DNA of 20,000 bases from Catajapyx aquilonaris (lineage: Eukaryota). The stretch lies in assembly GCA_000934665.2 (NCBI GenBank), contig KZ538414.1, positions 52,998-72,997 of the forward strand. The letters are read 5' to 3'. Below the pieces are notes generated by a model, which was given only the letters and a program-made list of their open reading frames with translations, was not told where the DNA came from and searched no databases. How positions within the stretch are numbered: the stretch's first letter is position 1; every line of letters begins with the position of its first letter. Positions 1-11,199 of the stretch are shown in pieces. The translations under genes and the position numbers were made by a program.

Positions 1-249
1 TCCATTTTCACTCTGGCATTAAAACAGTGAGTTGCACCTCCCACTACCTCCCAAGAGAAAGAAGATAAGGGCCTTCGGTACCGCTCTCGGTGACTGCATT
101 CCCTTTCATCTTATGGCCGCCGACTCTTGCAGCGCGTCACGCGAAGGGGGCCCTCCAGGGGGGGAAGGGCCAGGCTTAGGCAGGGGTGAAACAGGGGAGA
201 ATCAAGGGGGGGGGGGGGGGAAACTCCCCCCCCCTTGCCCATATGCGTG

Positions 250-421
250 NNNNNNNNNNNNNNNNNNNNNNNNNNNNNNNNNNNNNNNNNNNNNNNNNNN
301 NNNNNNNNNNNNNNNNNNNNNNNNNNNNNNNNNNNNNNNNNNNNNNNNNNNNNNNNNNNNNNNNNNNNNNNNNNNNNNNNNNNNNNNNNNNNNNNNNNNN
401 NNNNNNNNNNNNNNNNNNNNN
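250..421. other. Assembly gap adjacent to G/C homopolymers
   Basis: An N run is followed by a G run of about 21 nt. Confidence 0.95.
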
Positions 422-766
422 GGGGGGGGGGGGGGGGGGGGAATGTGGTCGTCAAGATCATGTATGTGTGCATAAGAAGGGGGGTGGAGTGGTTTTGGGT
501 TGGAGCGAATTGTTGTGTGAAGCGAAGTGATAATTGTTTGGGAGGAAGACTGTCGATAAATGGCACAAGACCACGAAGATCCGCAACATGTCCCATTCTC
601 ATCAACTAAACAGATAAATAAACGTTTTAAAAAATTTATTTACTGTAATTCCATGAGATATAAAAACAACTAATAGGCCTAATGCAGATTAAGAAATACC
701 CCCATGATAGGGCGCCCTCTTAGCCCTAAGAGGGCTTTTCACAAATTCACATTTTCACAATTCACA

Positions 767-837
767 ATTTCACAAAGTCAGAAACGGCTAAAAATCACAG
801 CCGCTGTAATTTTCAGCCATTTCTGACTTTGTGAAAT
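767..837. repeat. 71-bp palindrome preceded by TTCACA(A) tandem units
   Basis: The sequence is ATTTCACAAAGTCAGAAACGGCTAAAAATCACAGC-C-GCTGTAATTTTCAGCCATTTCTGACTTTGTGAAAT. A 10-bp-arm hairpin is adjacent at 714-735. Confidence 0.8.
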
Positions 838-977
838 ACACCAGACCTTTTCTCCTGGCCCTGGGCAGAGTAGGGAGTGCAATAAGAAAATTGATTTGAA
901 ATAAAGGACTGCTGATTATATTATGTGCCGTGAAACTGCTTCCAAATATGTATTGAAATTATAATAGTACGAGTATA

Positions 978-1190
978 GTGAAACCTGAAGTTGGACATTA
1001 TTTTTGAAACCGTCAAAAAGCCTATTTACATGCTAAGTTGGACACCTCTCTTTTGGAAGTTGGACACTTTTTCTCTCTGAAGTTGGACCGGAAAGTGCGG
1101 TAGGTATCTATGAAACCCAATAGAAATACTAATATGTTAGACACCTCCTTTATGTTGGACATTTTCCTTGAAACCGTCAGTGTCCAACAT
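978..1190. repeat. Degenerate dispersed repeat with AAGTTGGACA subrepeats (related segment at 4220-4493)
   Basis: GTT(G/A)GAC units lie at about 990, 1037, 1059, 1083, 1136 and 1154, with one inverted at about 1180. GTTGGACATTTTCCTTGAAACCGTCAGTGTCCA resembles GTTGGACCATTTTCCTTAGAATTGTCAGTGTCCA at 4460. Confidence 0.55.
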
Positions 1191-2874
1191 AGACAGGTTT
1201 TACTGCATATGTGCAATATTTCATTACTTAAGATGGCATTACATACTGTCATATTGGCAGAAGTGTTTGCTTAAGGATGGGAAAACTATAGTTTTTTGCC
1301 TATTTTTTCTTGAAGAAAAAGGTGAAGTTGCGTGCCTGATTCTTTGCCATTTTCTTAAACTCAAGCTATCTTCAAGCACAAGCTGTACGTCCAATGGTGC
1401 AAATGGGTTTATAATGTTGTACTACAAGTCAAAATAATTATTTGTCGCTTAAGGACAGTCCTTATTACTACACATATCATTTAAACATGCGACGCTAAAA
1501 ATACAACACATTGCCACCATTTGACAGGGCATGACTGCTGCTATAGACTCTACAAAAATACTAACGGTTACGTCAGCTGCGATAGAAAGCTTCTGAGATT
1601 TCTAACAGTACCTCAGTACAACCTCTGCCGCTATATTTCCTGCCCCCTAATTAACAAGAGGGCAATGCGAGATAGTTACGTAAATATACAAAAGATCCCA
1701 ATCTCTACATGAAGTGGTGAGCAGGAAACGGCTTTTCCGTCAGTCCCGTAGTTTACAAAAATGGAAAAAAATATGAAAACCGGCCACAAAGGGGATTCCA
1801 GTTGGTATCGACAACACTATCGGCATCTCCCGATCAACGAACAATCATGGCCGACTGCGCCCACCCGCCTGATGATTACAAGTAATTGTCTCGACACCTT
1901 CGCCTAAGGCTTGCTCAAAACCGACTTATTCTTTGACTACAGCTGACCTGAACCTTCCTCAAACTACAAAAAATAAGTATATAAAATTTTTAAACTATAA
2001 AAAAAAAACGGAACAGATGAGACCAGGCCTAGAGGGGGGTACAAATTGGTGTTTCCACTTCCATGGATGCGGTGGTCGAAACCCCCCACCTTTCCTTATT
2101 CCCTTTTCGGCTTTTTGGACTGCCAACCTGCTCATCAACACCCCCAATCCCCCATCTCCTCCACCCCCTCCTTTCTCCCGCACACCACCTGTCTCCGTTT
2201 TCACTTCCCCCTTCTCTTTCCGCTCACTCTTTTCCACACATTCTTCACACTCGACATATGCATATCAAAAAACTGTGGAAAATAACTGGAAAAAAAAGAG
2301 ACAAAAGTATACCATGCGAGTTTCACTTCCAATATGCATATCTAAACAATGCTTATCTAAATTGTGTATAAGTATTGTTTCAATTGCATTTTTTGCGTAG
2401 AAGATAGTGTGTACCTGACACACGCTCTTCTTATGTTTTCTTCCTCGTTTGTGCACGTGAAAGAAAAAAAAAGGGCGTAATTATTTTTCTGCGAGGTGCG
2501 TGTCAGTGTTGAAGAGTAGACGTCATGTGCGATGTGTTTTTTGGAGAGAAAATTGATATCCAGTGTGTTATTTTATGGTGTGGAGATTTGGGGGGGGGGG
2601 GGGGGGNGGGGGGTTATGCCTCAAGAACTGTGTTCGATATTATTTTGCATTTTAATTACACATCCAGTAAATTTGGCCAAGTTCAGTACGTGTAAATATA
2701 CAAGTAATGAATTATAATTAGTGTAAATAATGACTGCTTACTCCTCTTCCATTGTTGGCTCTAATATACCTGATGTGGGGAAAAGTGCAAGCCTTTATAG
2801 GCACATTAGGTATAACTTATATTAAGTAATACTTGTAATAAATTATTCTGTGCATTGCTAAACATCGGATATTT

Positions 2875-3143
2875 ATTTATTTATTTGTTTATTTTATTTA
2901 TCATACCCCGTGCTAGAGCCTTTGGCTCCCTTAGGAGGGGAGGATTACCACCAGTGGATGGGATGAGGGATAGGGAAGGTAGGAAGCGGCTGTGGCTTAT
3001 TTTTACGGAAACGACCACGGAATTGTCCTGGGGGACCATGGAAAACCACAGAAAACCATAAGGGTCTCCGGCCCTGGGATTCGAACCCAGGACTTCCCGA
3101 TTAGCAGGCGGGCTCCTTATCCCCTACACCAACCTGCTTCGGT
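2875..3143 (-). mobile_element. tRNA-derived SINE, copy 1, full length
   Basis: A 17-bp TSD CTAAACATCGGATATTT flanks it (2858-2874 and 3144-3160). The minus-strand head ACCGAAGCAGGTTGGTGTAGGGG...CTGCTAATC...GGTTCGAATCCC carries pol III A and B boxes, and the tail is (AAAT)n. It is homologous to 11332-11608. Confidence 0.9.
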
Positions 3144-3217
3144 CTAAACATCGGATATTTTAAAAAAATCCTGCGACGTAATTTTTTGCAATAATCAATA
3201 TTAATTTTTGTTAAATA

Positions 3218-3422
3218 CAGGGTGTTTCAACTTTTTTTGTCCGAACAGTTATCGGAAATATTGCACTAAGCTGCTACTTTGTAAGCAGTGTATGCCAAGA
3301 TTCGTAGGGAATATTCCCCATTCCTCCGACAAACCGGTTGCAAGTCACTGCCTTACAAAGTAGCAGCTTATAGAGTGCAATATTTCCGATAACTGTTCGG
3401 ACAAAAAAGTTGAAACACCCTG
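3218..3422. mobile_element. Tc1/mariner-type MITE (TA|CAGGGTG...CACCCTG|TA), foldback
   Basis: About 75-bp inverted arms, CAGGGTGTTTCAACTTTTTT(T)GTCCGAACAGTTATCGGAAATATTGCACT..., are flanked by a TA duplication. There is no ORF. Confidence 0.88.
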
Positions 3423-5065
3423 TATATCCAATAGTTGAGCCATAATTACCACCTCAATGTGAGCTAGTCACCAATATTTCCATACACTTTTCACCCAAAT
3501 CTATATCTATTTTGGGTCTGTTTCTGCCATTTGCACCAAGGCCACTGTACCACAACACTACAATATTCAATCACACTAACGGCCATAATAGAACCCCGCT
3601 TGCTTGATAGAAAAGGTGCGCATTTCGCACTTAAGACTCATACATAATAAACATAATATTAACCACAACACCCATTCCCATTTCATTGAACAACCTCCAG
3701 AGTTTATGGAGATAAGTCCAAATAATAAGCGGTCTGTATACTTCCTGTTTACTAGCCCTCCCCACGCTTTTAAAGTGCCCTTAAGGTTTCTATATGATTT
3801 CCAAGATATTGGACTTGGCCCGTTCTTCCTCTCATATTACGTTCAATCTTGTCCCTTGGCGCCCGATTTACTGTGTGTGTACACACAGGCAGCCATGTTC
3901 CAAGATTCTCACTATAGAAATGAAATCGATCAGTGGCCTACATGCGTGTGAATATTGATACTGAGGAGGCCAACACTAGGCATTAGGGCGACAATAAGGG
4001 CCTTGTATATACACGGCTTATAATAGACCTCGAGGCGGATGGAGAAAATCATTGGACACTTGCTGGTCACTCTAATCACTCGAATTGTCATAATTACCCC
4101 CACATATAATTTTGATGAAAATTTCATAACATACTGTATATTGTCTGGGTTTCAAATAGTTTCTGCTAAGGCTAAACACCGACGCTCTGGGGATCTTTAA
4201 CGTGCACTTGTTTGTGAATGTGAAGTTGGACATCCTATTGTTTAACACCTCCCCCCAGGTAGCACACTTCGTCGGGCCAATGTAAAACGGTTAACTTTTT
4301 GTCACATGGGGCCGACGTTGGGCCGATGTTGGCATACAGTGCTGACCCGATCTACATTTATGTGAAACCTGACGTCATTGTCTCTTCATGTATATGTAGA
4401 GAGATAATGAAATCATGATTTATATAGACCACTGCAACAAACAAAAACAATACTTATAAGTTGGACCATTTTCCTTAGAATTGTCAGTGTCCATTATTGC
4501 CAAAGTTTCACAACTTGTTGTAACGATTGTTGTACTTGTTTATGTGAGTTGTTGCCACTTGAACGTGTGGCGTGCGCAATTAACAGATGGTGCCGTAATA
4601 ACCTGAGTGTGCTACACACAACAGGCACATAAATATACTGATTTCGATGTTTGCATTGTGAGATGGGGTGTATGGGCGGGAAAATTTCTCACGCATTTTG
4701 GCGTGGAAAATTATTTTTCTGCAACTTAAATATTTGTGTATTATTATTATTATATAACCTTTACTTTTAGACGTAGATAGAGATACTTTGAGACGTAGAT
4801 ATAGACTGGTCTTGCATCGAGAATTTTCACTGCCAGATGGAAAGCGTGAATAAAAAAGTTGGTAGAAAAAACGGAATATAATGAAAATTCTCAGGGTTTC
4901 CGTGATTATTTCAGGGCGTGAAATAGGCATGTCTTGAAGGCGAGAAAATTCAGGATTTCAAGTCTCAAGATGTCTACAAAGCTGTACTGTAGTATGTACC
5001 ACTAACTGCCTACAAAAATAACCGCATTTACACATATGATGGCCCATATAATCGCGATGATGGTA

Positions 5066-5113
5066 CACCCTTAACCATTTACCCTCTCTAGAGAAGGTAA
5101 ATGGTTAAGAGTG
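5066..5113. mobile_element. 48-bp palindromic mini-MITE, copy 1
   Basis: TA|CACCCTTAACCATTTACCCTCTCTAGAGAAGGTAAATGGTTAAGAGTG|TA is a near-perfect palindrome with a second copy at 13277. Confidence 0.8.
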
Positions 5114-5660
5114 TACAATTATGAAACACCTTGTGTATACAACGTAAGTCAAGATCAGAAATCATCCTGCTAATTACAGTTACATTACTCCGCGACTTAC
5201 TTCAGGCCTATAATAAATAACTATGCTGTTGAAACTAATGTAAATTTCACTCTATTATATTGAGTCGATATTAGTCATATAACTACTGTAATACAGGTGC
5301 AAACGTAAGACATTGCGTAATCGCGTTGTGGAATTATTAATGACGGAATTACTATCGAGCTAAAGCAGGGCTGATTGATGGCCTGAACTTACAGTTAGTT
5401 GATTTTTTTAACGATCGATTTTATGCAGGATTCTATGAGGAAATAATTTGTGAGGCATGCTGCTGGATATGGATATCAGAAGGTAAATTGTCAATTTTTG
5501 TCATGTCCATTATATTGTGCTGCATATGCGATGATTATCAAAGTTGGAAATATACAACCTACTATTAAACCATATTAATTTAATTTGTATATTTTTACGC
5601 AATTATACGAATAATTTGAGGGCCTTTTTAGCGGTTATTATTCCTCATTCTGTTTTTTTT

Positions 5661-5743
5661 TCGTATACCTTATACGAAGCCTTCGTATAAGGTATGTATA
5701 CGAGTAAAATGGCTTGTGAAGCGGCTTCACAAGCCATTTTACT
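5661..5743. repeat. Two adjacent palindromes with 1-nt spacers
   Basis: ATACCTTATACGAAG-C-CTTCGTATAAGGTAT is followed by perfect 20-bp arms AGTAAAATGGCTTGTGAAGC-G-GCTTCACAAGCCATTTTACT (5703-5743). Confidence 0.8.
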
Positions 5744-6759
5744 GGTGTTTTTGTGATTATAGTTTCATTAATCAGTATATGTAATAGTGTGCAATAATAG
5801 GCATATGAAAAGCAGATAGCTTTGTGTATTCGTTGCGAAAAGTGGCGATTTGGCATACGGTTTTCCCGCGGTCGCCGCTTCAAGTCCGGAGTCAACTGCT
5901 ATATATTTATAGTGCTTATAAATATAAAACAAAAATTAATGTTTATGTGTGCATTGGTTTACACTTTGGATAAGTACCGTTTCATATATAAATTAATGTA
6001 TATAAATAGATCATTTATGAGGAAACAGATGCAATAATATCTGATATTCTCTTTAATACAGTATATTATTTAGGTGAATGTTATGTATAAGGGTCTTATT
6101 ACAAAAAAAAATTGCATTGTTGGAACATGGGTCAGCAGGCAAAGACCTAAATAATATAATGTATTAAAGAAAATATCAGATATTCTTGCATCTGTAGCAA
6201 TGATTTTATGAATGGAGAAAGTTTAATGCTTTATAGATTTTTATTTGCACAATGGCATCGTCAAATAGTAAAAAATATATTTGCAAATTGCTCATCACTT
6301 TTGAACCTTGCATATTATAGGTACTAATTATAAATAGTGCGCGTATGTCCACGCATAGGTTTATATTAAGCTTTATGATAGTGACCAATTTGATATTTCA
6401 GTGGTTGCCAAAAATATATAGCCTATATAAAAGTAGGTTCACTCTTACATTTTAAAATTTGTTAAAAATAACAGTTTTGTATAAGATCACAATATGCTAG
6501 GTCTAAAAAGGCTCAATTTACAGAGATCATCTTGCCGGCCGTGTTATTTAAGTTGTCACTTTTCTACGGTATATAAAGTCGTATCTAAGCATTTATCATT
6601 GCTCTGTTAATATTTTGCGGCCCATCCTGCAAAAATTAGCGAATTTGTCACATTCTTTATCCGTTATTAATTTGTATTTGCTTGCAATTTGAATATTTAA
6701 GCAAATAATATGTGACACATTATACGGAATCAGGCAAATTAATATCTACGTTTACATTG

Positions 6760-6763
<4 letters not shown>

Positions 6764-6799
<36 letters not shown>
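6764..6799. repeat. (TA)18 microsatellite
   Basis: Read directly from the sequence. Confidence 0.95.
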
Positions 6800-6802
<3 letters not shown>

Positions 6803-8499
6803 ATCGGCATAAGTGACGTTGAGTGTAAATAGTTCATGACTCTCTTTGATAAGACTTTTCAGGACCGCAAAACTACATATTGTAGAATCTGAAGTGTATA
6901 TGACTACTATACCTTTCATGTGGGAATTGGGAATTGTATAGTCTATTGAACTTTAGGCTACATTATTATTTCAGTTATCTTTCATTCGCAGGAACACGTA
7001 TAACCGGTCCATATTTTTGCAATATCAAAATCAGCCAATTTTATACACTATAGAATGCATATAGTTTTTAAACAATCAGAGCAGTGTTCCATTTGTCGTG
7101 ATTGTTGCTTCTGTTTGGTTTTTGAGTAAATTAGTCATACATTTCCCCCTCCTTCTCCCCTCTTGGTCTATATGTGGACATGGAAAGGTAAAATGCCAAT
7201 AATCTATACCTGTCCCTGTCACATTTTGTGGCCTATTTGTTATCGGAAAATGATTACGTATTACGCACAAACTAACATCCCATCAGGTTATATCATTTTG
7301 CAGTATTTTATATTTATAAAATGTCACGAACCGAGTTGCGTTGGAGTTGCGCAAAGTGAAAGCCAAATTCTGAGTTTGGTAAGTTACAGTTGTTGTAACT
7401 TGCGTAATATTTATTATAACAGCAATACGGCGCTATCATTTGAATTTTATATACCGACCTACGTGAAATATAATTATATTGTTTCATTGTTACATAAATA
7501 TGTAACAAATCTTCGCATATTATGCAGGTCTATATTATTGTTTTCAAACGCACATAAATAATTTCCAATTTTTAAAAGAAAATATTGTATAATTGTAGAC
7601 ATAACTTTTGTTTGGTTAGACTCGTCAGTATTTCGTTTGAAATTCAGTAAACTAATATTTATCTGGATCCGTAACGAGCACCTTAAATTTTGTAATAATA
7701 TTACTAAGAGATCCCCAATTATGAAAGTAACATTTCCTAAAGTTAACTACTACCGGTAAGCTTATATTAAAATCCGCCGCCAAAATTAGATTGCTAAGCT
7801 GAGACTTCGCTAAATTAATGCGATCTAACGAAGAAAATAACAATTAAATAGTGTACGGCTAAACACAATTAATTCAAACGTACATTTTTTGTGAATTTCA
7901 TATTACATTGACTAATAGCTATTGTTGCACACTGTTCACTAATAAGAGTTACTGACGCTTGATGTAGCCAAATTTTTATGTTCCTCTTACTAATAAAATT
8001 AACCACTAACTGCATCGAGTTAGGCCTACTCTTGAAACCGATTATATCTGAATAATGGCCACCCACCGCCGGTTACAAATCGACACTTAAATCGTATAAT
8101 GAACCAATTCTCCCCCAAAAAAATCACTAACTCATCCAGACAACCCCAGCACAATAAATCGGCTATTCTGACTGGACCCATCTTCATCCAAACCCCAACA
8201 CGCGATCTTCCAAAAACCAAAAAATGAAAAGAAAACCCCCCCCTCTGGAATGTAGTATTTTCACCCCTCCAAAATATCCTCCCCAATTTGTGGTCCCCCC
8301 CTTACAAAAGTTTGGACCTCTATTGACCCAACTTTCTTGGAGGGTACAAAAGGAGAAAGTCAAAACCCCCCATGTATTGAGGTGTCTGAATTGTCCCTTT
8401 GTGTCAAATCTCCCCTAGTTGACATTTCCATGCTGTGACACTCAATAATAGCTGTATAGTTAGGTCATTGTTACAGCAACTTACTCAAAGTATTGAGGG

Positions 8500-8534
8500 T
8501 TAGGTTAGGTTAGGTTAGGTTAGGTTAGGTTAGG
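8500..8534 (+). repeat. Interstitial arthropod telomere-type repeat (TTAGG)7
   Basis: Seven perfect TTAGG units. TTAGG is the ancestral arthropod telomere motif. Confidence 0.9.
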
Positions 8535-9547
8535 TCTAAAGCTTGATATTATATACGATATTTTCTGATATCAGTTATTTAAAAATGGAATATATTTAAC
8601 AAAGCGGTTTCAGTAATAATGCAAATATTTTTGTGACGCATTTTGACTTGTGAGTCTAACTCGACGACATCATAACATTGGCCGATAACAGATAGCATGT
8701 TTACCTGCCATGCTGCCATATCAGTGAAATTGTTTGTACTTAGCAAACACCAATATGGACAAACAGGCTTTGAGTTCACAGTTTTCGGTAATAGCTATTC
8801 CAACTATTCAAGTCCGAAGCGATTATCAATTTTTCATGCAACTTTGAGTGAAAAATGATATGTAGGAATTAGCCTGATTCGTGCTAAGCCCAGCTTCTCT
8901 AAGAAAGGGCAAGGGCAAATGCTATTTCTCACAAGTCCTAACCTGGATTAGTTACTTTTTTTTTGTAATGGTCGAAAGTTGCTTGTTAACCAATCCGGTA
9001 TGCATTCTTTTGGTATGAGTTTGACAAGTCTTAATTTAATTAGACCCGCTCATCTTCTGAGGGAAATTAATCGTCTTTCCTTATTAGGCAATATATGCTG
9101 ACAGCCTTTAGCTGATTGGCTAGAATATTCCGCATGCTAATAGAATGTGTAAATTTGGTGTAAATTAGTGGCCGCAAATAATTTTGTACATATAAATATT
9201 TTTGAGAGTTTGCAGCTCTATTTTAAGCACCATCAACAATGATCATGAGTAACATATATGCTCATGTAAATGTCAACCTTACACACATTGTATCAGCGGC
9301 TTCCCTTTCCCCTCAATGCATCGTCAGCATATCTACGCTGATTGATCGCCTACTTCTCTATTGTGTGTACCTGTTTTAGGCCTCGGTAATTATGCCTGAC
9401 AGTGACGGACAACATGTCATCCCCGATGCCTGACGTTTTCAACATTAAGAACAAATCGTGCCAACCTCCTTAATATGACGGGCGTACTGAAAGTAATGAG
9501 GCCTAATTAATAACAGCAACCATGCTTTGGGAGAAAAAACATTTCTT

Positions 9548-9553
9548 TTTATT
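9548..9553 (-). terminator. Candidate polyadenylation signal of FoxB
   Basis: TTTATT on + reads AATAAA on -, about 155 nt past the stop codon. On the - strand it is followed by a U-rich tract (9528-9540) and preceded by AU-rich (TTA)n UTR sequence. Confidence 0.55.
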
Positions 9554-9706
9554 GACACGACAATAATAATAATAGTTGTAGTTATAATAGTTATAATAAT
9601 AATAATAGAACCATTTTTCAGCACTGCACAATTGCCCGCTCAAATAATTTTATAGGCTCATACTATTCAGTATGCCCCTCATGATAGTCACAGGTTAGGC
9701 CTATAG

Positions 9707-10639
9707 TCACACCGACCTCAGGTTGGGGCTGTACCGAAAGAGCGGGTCTGCTGCGGCTGCGGCTGCGGCGGCTGCTGCTGCTGCGGTGGCCACGGCCGCG
9801 GAGGTGGTGGTGGCCGCGGATGTGACCACCGGGTACAGGCCGAGATGGGGCTTGAAGGGCTGGAGGGCGGGCAGCGGGGCAGGTCTCAGCACCATGGGCT
9901 CGGTGGTCATCAGGGGCAATGGCGGCAGGTACGTGGGCATCGGGGAGGCCAATGGGCCCAGGATAGCTGCGGCGGCTGCTGCGGCTGCCGCGGCCGGACA
10001 CGAGAAGTGGTTCTGGTAGCACAGGGACGAGGCGTAGATGGCCGAGCTGGTAGTGGCCGGTGGTAATGGTGATGGCCGGACCACGGGCGGATCGCTCCCG
10101 ATCAGGCTCTCAATGGTGAAGGGCTTCTTCGGCGGCCGTACCGGGGGTTCGGTCGGGGCAGGAGCCGGGGCAGGCGGCGGCGGCGGTGGTGGCTGCGGCG
10201 CCGGATCTGAGAACCCGCTGCCCCCAGCATCGCCCCCGACGAAGACATGGCTGAGACCGGCCAACGCGGCCAGTTCGGACTCCAGCCGGTCCTTGTCCGA
10301 CTTGGGCAACTTGAACCTCTTTCGTCTCCGTAGCAGACTCCCGTTCTCGAACATGTTGAGTGCCGCTGGGTGAAGTGACCAGTACGCACCCTTACCAGGC
10401 CGGTCAGGTCTTCGAGGGATCTTGATGAAACAGTCGTTGAAGGACAGGTTGTGCCGTAATGAGTTCTGCCAACGTTGGGTGTTCTTCCGGTAGTATGGGA
10501 AGTTGTCCATGATGAACTTGTAGATTTCGGACAACGGCAACATCTTCTCGGGGCTGTTCCAGATGGCCATGGCGGTCAGGGCGATGTATGAGTATGGGGG
10601 CTTCTGGTCGCCGTAGCTCTCCCGACTTGGGCGAGGCAT
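9707..10639 (-). CDS. FoxB: Forkhead box B transcription factor (Drosophila fd96Ca/fd4-like), single exon, 310 aa
   Basis: The protein begins [27 protein letters not shown] and continues ...[36 protein letters not shown]...[14 protein letters not shown], the FoxB-class N-terminus and forkhead domain (about 10310-10606). The true ATG is at 10639, as the ORF track starts upstream on a GTG. It also has an eh1 motif FTIESLI (10100-10120) and Pro/Ala-rich tracts, and forms a GC-rich island in AT-rich DNA. Confidence 0.96.
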   Translation of the reverse strand: MPRPSRESYGDQKPPYSYIALTAMAIWNSPEKMLPLSEIYKFIMDNFPYYRKNTQRWQNSLRHNLSFNDCFIKIPRRPDRPGKGAYWSLHPAALNMFENGSLLRRRKRFKLPKSDKDRLESELAALAGLSHVFVGGDAGGSGFSDPAPQPPPPPPPAPAPAPTEPPVRPPKKPFTIESLIGSDPPVVRPSPLPPATTSSAIYASSLCYQNHFSCPAAAAAAAAAAILGPLASPMPTYLPPLPLMTTEPMVLRPAPLPALQPFKPHLGLYPVVTSAATTTSAAVATAAAAAAAAAAAADPLFRYSPNLRSV

Positions 10640-11199
10640 TGCACTACCGGTACTAAGCACACATCGTCCGCACAGTCTCGCCTCGTCTACTGGACTGTCC
10701 TAAAAAGTCAGCTACCACCCGGGGGAGGCCTTATGCTCCCAACTTGCCCCACCCTGTAGTACACCGAAAGCTCCACCTTCGAGAGCCCATTGGACTCACA
10801 GGCGTATCAGACCATGAGCCAATGGTATGCCTTCTGGTATTATACAGACAACACCCTCAAGATAGTAGATGGGTGGAGCTACGACATGGAATAGGGTCCA
10901 CGTTGTCATGTTTGCAAATAAATAGTCACGGATAGTTGACCAATATGTTATGCTTTTAAGTTATAGTGGAAAGATTTTGAGATTAAAAATAATTGGATGA
11001 AATTGCTGGGTTGCATGCATAGAGGTGTGTAAAATGCGTTATTTTTTAAGCAGTAGCTAGAACAAGTAGAGATAACTATAGTGCGGTTTGATTGTTGTCT
11101 ACATATGAAGTTGGTTATGGTGTGGTTATATGGCGCACTTGCTGTTATCGTTCTTCCTTGTTGCATATAATAAGACTAAGGCATGACGTCCCTTTTATA

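Noticed and set aside
32..609. ORFs spanning the first N gap
   Set aside because: They are artefacts of N and poly-G runs.
978..1190. Spaced GTTGGAC repeats as a CRISPR-like array
   Set aside because: The units are only about 10 bp and irregularly spaced, the context is eukaryotic, and no cas genes are present.
1933..2400. 155-aa ORF and overlapping ORFs
   Set aside because: Low-complexity pyrimidine-rich sequence, a non-ATG start and no recognisable domain.
3065..3143. tRNA-like sequences here and at 11540-11608
   Set aside because: They are SINE heads followed by body, tail and TSDs, and I could not form a complete cloverleaf.
6796..7535. Possible TIR pair TATAGGGATCGGCATAA / TTATGCAGGTCTATA
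   Set aside because: The match is too degenerate to support.
9663..10389. Alternative-frame and antisense ORFs over FoxB
   Set aside because: These are shadow ORFs of a GC-rich CDS.
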